Made by a program: the position numbers and the translations under genes
The notes under the pieces: model-generated
The model's input: only the letters and a program-made list of their open reading frames with translations
Told to the model about the DNA's origin: nothing
The model's database searches: none
Shown here: positions 63,918 to 64,000 of the stretch, piece after piece
Layout of the letters: every line of letters begins with the position of its first letter
Position numbering within the stretch: the stretch's first letter is position 1
Assembly (NCBI GenBank): GCA_950097015.1
Contig: CATNEN010000038.1
Span: 10,726,001 to 10,790,000, forward strand
Direction of reading: 5' to 3'
DNA length: 64,000 nucleotides
From: Macrostomum hystrix
Lineage: Eukaryota > Animalia > Platyhelminthes

Positions 63918-64000
63918 GCGACTGCGGCAACTCCGGCCAGTGTTTCATCCTCAGCAACAGCAGGAGGGCGAGACAAGCAGCTGTCCTCGCCGCAGCGTCG
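63918..64000 (+). CDS. Possible exon running off the window
   Basis: Acceptor ctttttaactatttcag| followed by an abrupt switch to GC-rich sequence. Confidence 0.35.

Overview
Eukaryotic (animal) genomic DNA, not prokaryotic: it has GT-AG introns, TATA boxes, an ING3 gene, CORE-type SINEs and many mini/microsatellites. The overall style suggests a free-living flatworm such as Macrostomum, but that is inference only. About a third of the window is tandem repeat, including a 10.3 kb 44-bp satellite with a 64-monomer internal duplication. Mobile elements: a very young Ty3/Gypsy LTR element (identical 261-bp LTRs, GGAC TSD) whose gag has an in-frame TAA; a Crypton-like tyrosine-recombinase element with a Tc1 copy nested in it; three tRNA-derived SINE families; several MITEs. 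Host genes rebuilt by hand from splice signals form a likely secreted/defence neighbourhood: an aerolysin/ETX-MTX2-like pore-former, a secreted PAN-like + ALK/LTK-type glycine-rich protein plus its disrupted paralog, a degenerate C-type-lectin-like type I membrane protein, a PAN + F-type lectin pseudogene, and an unrecognised 12-Cys, strongly cationic secreted peptide. There is also an intronless ING3 and an orphan ORF with a perfect X-box in its coding sequence. No database searches were run, and coordinates were counted by eye.
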